Part shown: positions 49,291 through 50,627 of the stretch, piece after piece
How the letters are laid out: each line of letters begins with the position of its first letter
Position numbering within the stretch: the stretch's first letter is position 1
NCBI GenBank assembly: GCA_030740155.1
Contig: JASLXV010000030.1
Location: 1-50,627 of the forward strand
DNA: 50,627 nt
Direction of reading: 5' to 3'
From: Dehalococcoidia bacterium
GTDB taxonomy: Bacteria > Chloroflexota > Dehalococcoidia > Lucifugimonadales > UBA3495
Position numbers and translations under genes: made by a program
The notes under the pieces: model-generated
What the model was told of the DNA's origin: nothing
Databases searched by the model: none
Seen by the model: only the letters and a program-made list of their open reading frames with translations

Positions 49291-50627
49291 TGCGTATTCA
49301 CTCACTTAAAATGTTACTGGGCTGGGTATGGTTCACTCAGGTAAGAATGTTACTGAGGGGGACGATGCCGATCGACGAGAAGATGAGCGTGAACGAAAGA
49401 CGGAAGTACCTGAAGTTGGTGGCGCCGAGGTACGCGCAGGCGGGGCGGGTGGAGCGTAGCGCGTTGCTGACGGAGATGGGGGCAGTGACTAGGCTGCACC
49501 GCAAGAGCTTGCTACGGCTGATGCACGGGCCGACTCTGGAGCGTGCACCTAAACGACCTCGGGTGCGGCGCAGGCGCTACGGGGCGGCGGTGGCCGAGGC
49601 GGTGCGGGTGGTGTGGGAGAGCCTGGACTACGTGTGTGCGGAGCGCCTGACCCCGGCCCTGCTGCCGACGGCGCAGCAGTTGGCCCGATGGGAGGAGCTG
49701 GCCCTGACGGCGGAAACGGAAGAGCACTTAGCCACGATAAGCCGGGCCACGGTACAGCGGCTTCTACAGCGCTTCCAGCAAGATACGCCCAAGCTACCGC
49801 GACGCAAGCCCCAGCCGCCTAACCTTCTGCTTCGGCAGGTGCCCATGGAGCGTCTCTCCTGGGCCACCCAGGCGCCGGGCAGCTTCGAGACCGACCTGGT
49901 CCACCACTGCGGCCCGGTCACTATCGGGGAGTACGTCCACACCCTGCAACTGGTGGACATCGCCACGGGCTGGAGCGAGCGGGTGGCGGTGCTGGGACGC
50001 AGCCAGGCAGCCATGGTGGAGGGCTTCCGGCGGGTGCAAGTGCGGCTGCCTTTTCCCATCACCCGCCTCCATCCCGACAACGGGAGCGAGTTCTTCAACA
50101 ACCACCTGTTCCGATACTTCGGCGAGGCGATGACGGGACTGCGGCTCAGCCGGAGCCGGCCCTATAGGAAGAACGACAACCGGTTCGTGGAGCAGAAAAA
50201 CGCGACCCTGGTGCGGGCTTATCTGGGCTACGAGCGGCTGGACACCTGGGGACAGTGTGCAGCCCTCAATGCGCTCTATGACCAGCTCTGGGTGTACTAC
50301 AACCTGTTCCAGCCGGTACTGCACCTGGTGGGCAAGGACTCGGTGAACGGGAAGCTCCAGCGGCGGTGGGACCGGGCCCAGACGCCCTACCAGCGGCTGT
50401 TGGCCAGCGGCGTACTCTTACCGGAGCAGGAGGCGCGGCTGACCCGCCTCTATGCGGAGACGAACCCGCGACAGCTTCGAGAAACCATCTATCAGGCTTT
50501 GGCGCGCCTATGGCAAAAACCCGAGATGCAACAGGCACCTCGAAGGGAGAAGGCTCCATCCCTTCGGTAACATTCCTAAATGAGTGAACAACCCTCTCTC
50601 GGTAACATTCTTTCGTGAGTTGACACG
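49291..50627 (+). mobile_element. Insertion sequence with DDE (rve) transposase; right end reaches the window edge
   Basis: Left end TGCGTATTCACTCACTTAAAATGTTACT resembles the reverse complement of the right end (CGTGTCAACTCACGAAAGAATGTTACC); each end has a second internal copy. Confidence 0.85.
49365..50570 (+). CDS. DDE-type integrase/transposase (rve core)
   Basis: FETDLVHHCG, VDIATGW, HPDNGSEF, SRPYRKNDNRFVEQKN, TPYQRLL; start ATG 49365 or 49383. Confidence 0.92.
   Translation: MPIDEKMSVNERRKYLKLVAPRYAQAGRVERSALLTEMGAVTRLHRKSLLRLMHGPTLERAPKRPRVRRRRYGAAVAEAVRVVWESLDYVCAERLTPALLPTAQQLARWEELALTAETEEHLATISRATVQRLLQRFQQDTPKLPRRKPQPPNLLLRQVPMERLSWATQAPGSFETDLVHHCGPVTIGEYVHTLQLVDIATGWSERVAVLGRSQAAMVEGFRRVQVRLPFPITRLHPDNGSEFFNNHLFRYFGEAMTGLRLSRSRPYRKNDNRFVEQKNATLVRAYLGYERLDTWGQCAALNALYDQLWVYYNLFQPVLHLVGKDSVNGKLQRRWDRAQTPYQRLLASGVLLPEQEARLTRLYAETNPRQLRETIYQALARLWQKPEMQQAPRREKAPSLR

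Overview
A GC-rich bacterial chromosomal segment. Its gene content (amidase, two ThDP enzymes, two class III CoA-transferases, two enolase-superfamily enzymes, three MFS transporters, a luciferase-like oxidoreductase, acyl-CoA dehydrogenase, crotonase) suggests a Chloroflexota/Dehalococcoidia organism such as SAR202; this is inference, not a database result. It also holds a two-component system, a 1-Cys peroxiredoxin, pyrC-carA-(orf)-carB, a cyclodeaminase and a DDE insertion sequence at the right edge. Four things stand out. (1) A tightly coupled three-gene operon (23.8-28.3 kb) in which two asparagine-synthetase-like ATP pyrophosphatases, both lacking the Ntn Cys, flank a membrane protein with a Zn ribbon, a TxRxxxY motif and a degenerate Toprim region resembling Spo11/TopoVI-A. 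(2) A 553-aa UGSC selenoprotein that the ORF track splits at its UGA, with a SECIS-like hairpin 11 nt downstream. (3) Next to it, a glycyl radical enzyme with an atypical GCSQ thiyl loop, and its activase. (4) Several hidden in-frame stops and a probable ATC start for carB. All family calls come from reading motifs by eye; no searches were run.
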